This document shows, in pieces, positions 62,253 to 64,000 of a DNA stretch of 64,000 nucleotides. This DNA comes from Paraphysomonas bandaiensis (Eukaryota; Protista; Chrysophyceae). The position numbers and the translations under genes are program-made. The stretch spans positions 1-64,000 of the forward strand of contig CBFFRP010000395.1 in NCBI GenBank assembly GCA_965644295.1. The letters run 5' to 3'. The notes below the pieces were generated by a model. It did not search any database. It had not been told where the DNA came from and saw only the letters and a program-made list of their open reading frames with translations. Each line of letters opens with the position of its first letter. Position 1 is the first letter of the stretch.

Positions 62253-64000
62253 ATGAGACCAGTGAAGATTGAGATTGCAACATATGATGATGATGATTGT
62301 TATAAGACTGCTAATGTTGTAATTAAAGCTAAACCAAAAGATAAAAGAAGTCAATTAGTGAATAGAGATCGTGCACCATTGCAAGTGTTGTGTTATATAT
62401 GTAAGTCAATTACTACAATATGGTATGAATGGTAGATATAACAATATACGTATATATATATATATGTTACTACAATATGAATGTATGGTAGATATATACA
62501 TACATAGAGATAGATATACATATATATATACGTCACAGTGTACTTGAATTCATATGAATATATATACAAGTTCATTAACTATATATTTTATAGGTTGTGC
62601 AGAATTTGGACCTTCATCTATTGGAATACATAAGAAAACATGTTTACAGAAACATGCATGGGCTCTAGAAGCTAATGTATTAAACGAAGAAGGGGTATCG
62701 AAAAAAAGGGGAATACGAAACCTTAAAAAATGTTGTGTACCTGGTGATGGTCCATCTAGTGACTTTCCTATTCCAACAAGTTCGACACCTATAGAAAAAT
62801 TCATTGAATATAACAATGAAGCCTTACGAATTTTCTTTGAACATTCTGAGAATTGTTTATTTTGTCGTACACCATATGGTACAAGTGTAGAAGCACAACG
62901 ACAAAAAGAAGTTGCATTTATAAAAGCAAAGATAGAAGAAGAAGAACGAAGAAAGAAAGAAGAAGAAGATGCTTCAAGAATAAGAATGGAATTATCTATG
63001 AAACGAAGACAATTAGAAGCAAGTAGAAGAGCTGAAGAAGAAGCTAGACTTAAAGAGGAAGAAGAGGCGGAGGAGGCTAGAAAGAAAGCAGAGGAGGAGG
63101 AGGCTAGAATGAAAGCAGAGGAGGAGGCTAGAAAGAAAGCAGAGGAGGAGGAGGCTAGAAGGAAAGCAGAGGAGGAGGAGGCTAGAAAGAAAGCTGAGGA
63201 GGAGGAGGCTAGAAAGAAAGCAGAGGAGGAGGAGGCTAGAAGGAAAGCAGAGGAGGAGGAAGCTAGAAGGAAAGCAGAGGAGGAGGAGGAGGCTAGAAGG
63301 AAAGCAGAGGAGGAGGCTAGAAAGAAAGCAGAGGAGGAGGAAGCTAGAAGGAAAGCAGAGGAGGAGGAGGCTAGAAAGAAAGCAGAGGAGGAGGAGGCTA
63401 GAAAGAAAGCTGAGGAGGAGGAGGCTAGAAGTAAAGCAGAGGAGGAGGAGGCTAGAAAGAAAGCAGAGGAGGAGGAAGCTAGAAGGAAAGCAGAGGAGGA
63501 GGAGGCTAGAAAGAAAGCAGAGGAGGAGGAGGCTAGAAGGAAAGCAGAGGAGGAAGAGGCTAGAAAGAAAGCAGAGGAGGAGGAGGCTAGAAGGAAAGCA
63601 GAGGAGGAGGAGGCTAGAATGAAAGCAGAGGAGGAGGAAGCTAGAAGGAAAGCAGAGGAGGAGGCTAGAAAGAAAGCAGAGGAGGAGGAGGCTAGAAGGA
63701 AAGCAGAGGAGGAGGAGGCTAGAAAGAAAGCAGAGGAGGAGGAAGCTAGAAGGAAAGCAGAGGAGGAGGAGGCTAGAAAGAAAGCAGAAGAGGAGGAGGA
63801 GGCTAGAAGGAAAGCAGAGGAGGAGGCTAGAAAGAAAGCAGAGGAGGAGGAGGCTAGAAAGAAAGCAGAGGAGGAGGAGGCTAGAAGGAAAGCAGAGGAG
63901 GAGGCTAGAAAGAAAGCAGAGGAGGAGGAGGAGGCTAGAAAGAAAGCAGAGGAGGAGGAGGCTAGAAGGAAAGCAGAGGAGGAGGCTAGAAAGAAAGCAG
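62253..64000 (+). CDS. C2HC zinc-finger protein with long E/K/R single-alpha-helix repeat (runs off window)
   Basis: Exon 1 ends LCYI-C at a GTAAGT donor (62401); exon 2 from 62594 reads CAEFGPSSIGIHKKTC..YNNEA.. then (KAEEEEAR[K/R])n, open to 64000. Confidence 0.8.
63070..64000 (+). repeat. Coding minisatellite of 24/27/30-bp units GCTAGAA(A/G)GAAAGCA(GAG)3-5
   Basis: More than 30 units; unit-length variation is in multiples of 3. Confidence 0.97.

Overview
Eukaryotic nuclear DNA with short (about 45-60 nt) GT-AG introns; the gene content suggests a flagellate ochrophyte or chrysophyte-like stramenopile (inference). The first 14.6 kb holds GDP-mannose 4,6-dehydratase and a dense transposon graveyard. 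Its centre is a young Ty3/Gypsy chromovirus (identical 317-bp LTRs, 4-bp ACAG target duplication, no tRNA primer site, one +1 frameshift in integrase) inserted into one arm of a ~520-bp foldback palindrome made from an older retroelement end. From 14.8 kb to the end, 14 genes strictly alternate strand as seven head-to-head pairs: TRRAP/CSN5, unknown/CdsA, KIF6/WDR26, kinase/POLA2, galacturonate reductase/DEAD-box helicase, unknown/frataxin, and small membrane protein/zinc-finger-SAH protein. These pairs share a promoter architecture and AT-rich gene 5' ends, while transposon relics sit only in tail-to-tail gaps. Two of those gaps carry copies of a structured GC-rich element ending sharply at GTCAAG, a candidate TnpB/Fanzor-type guide-RNA end. 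All alignments were done by eye.
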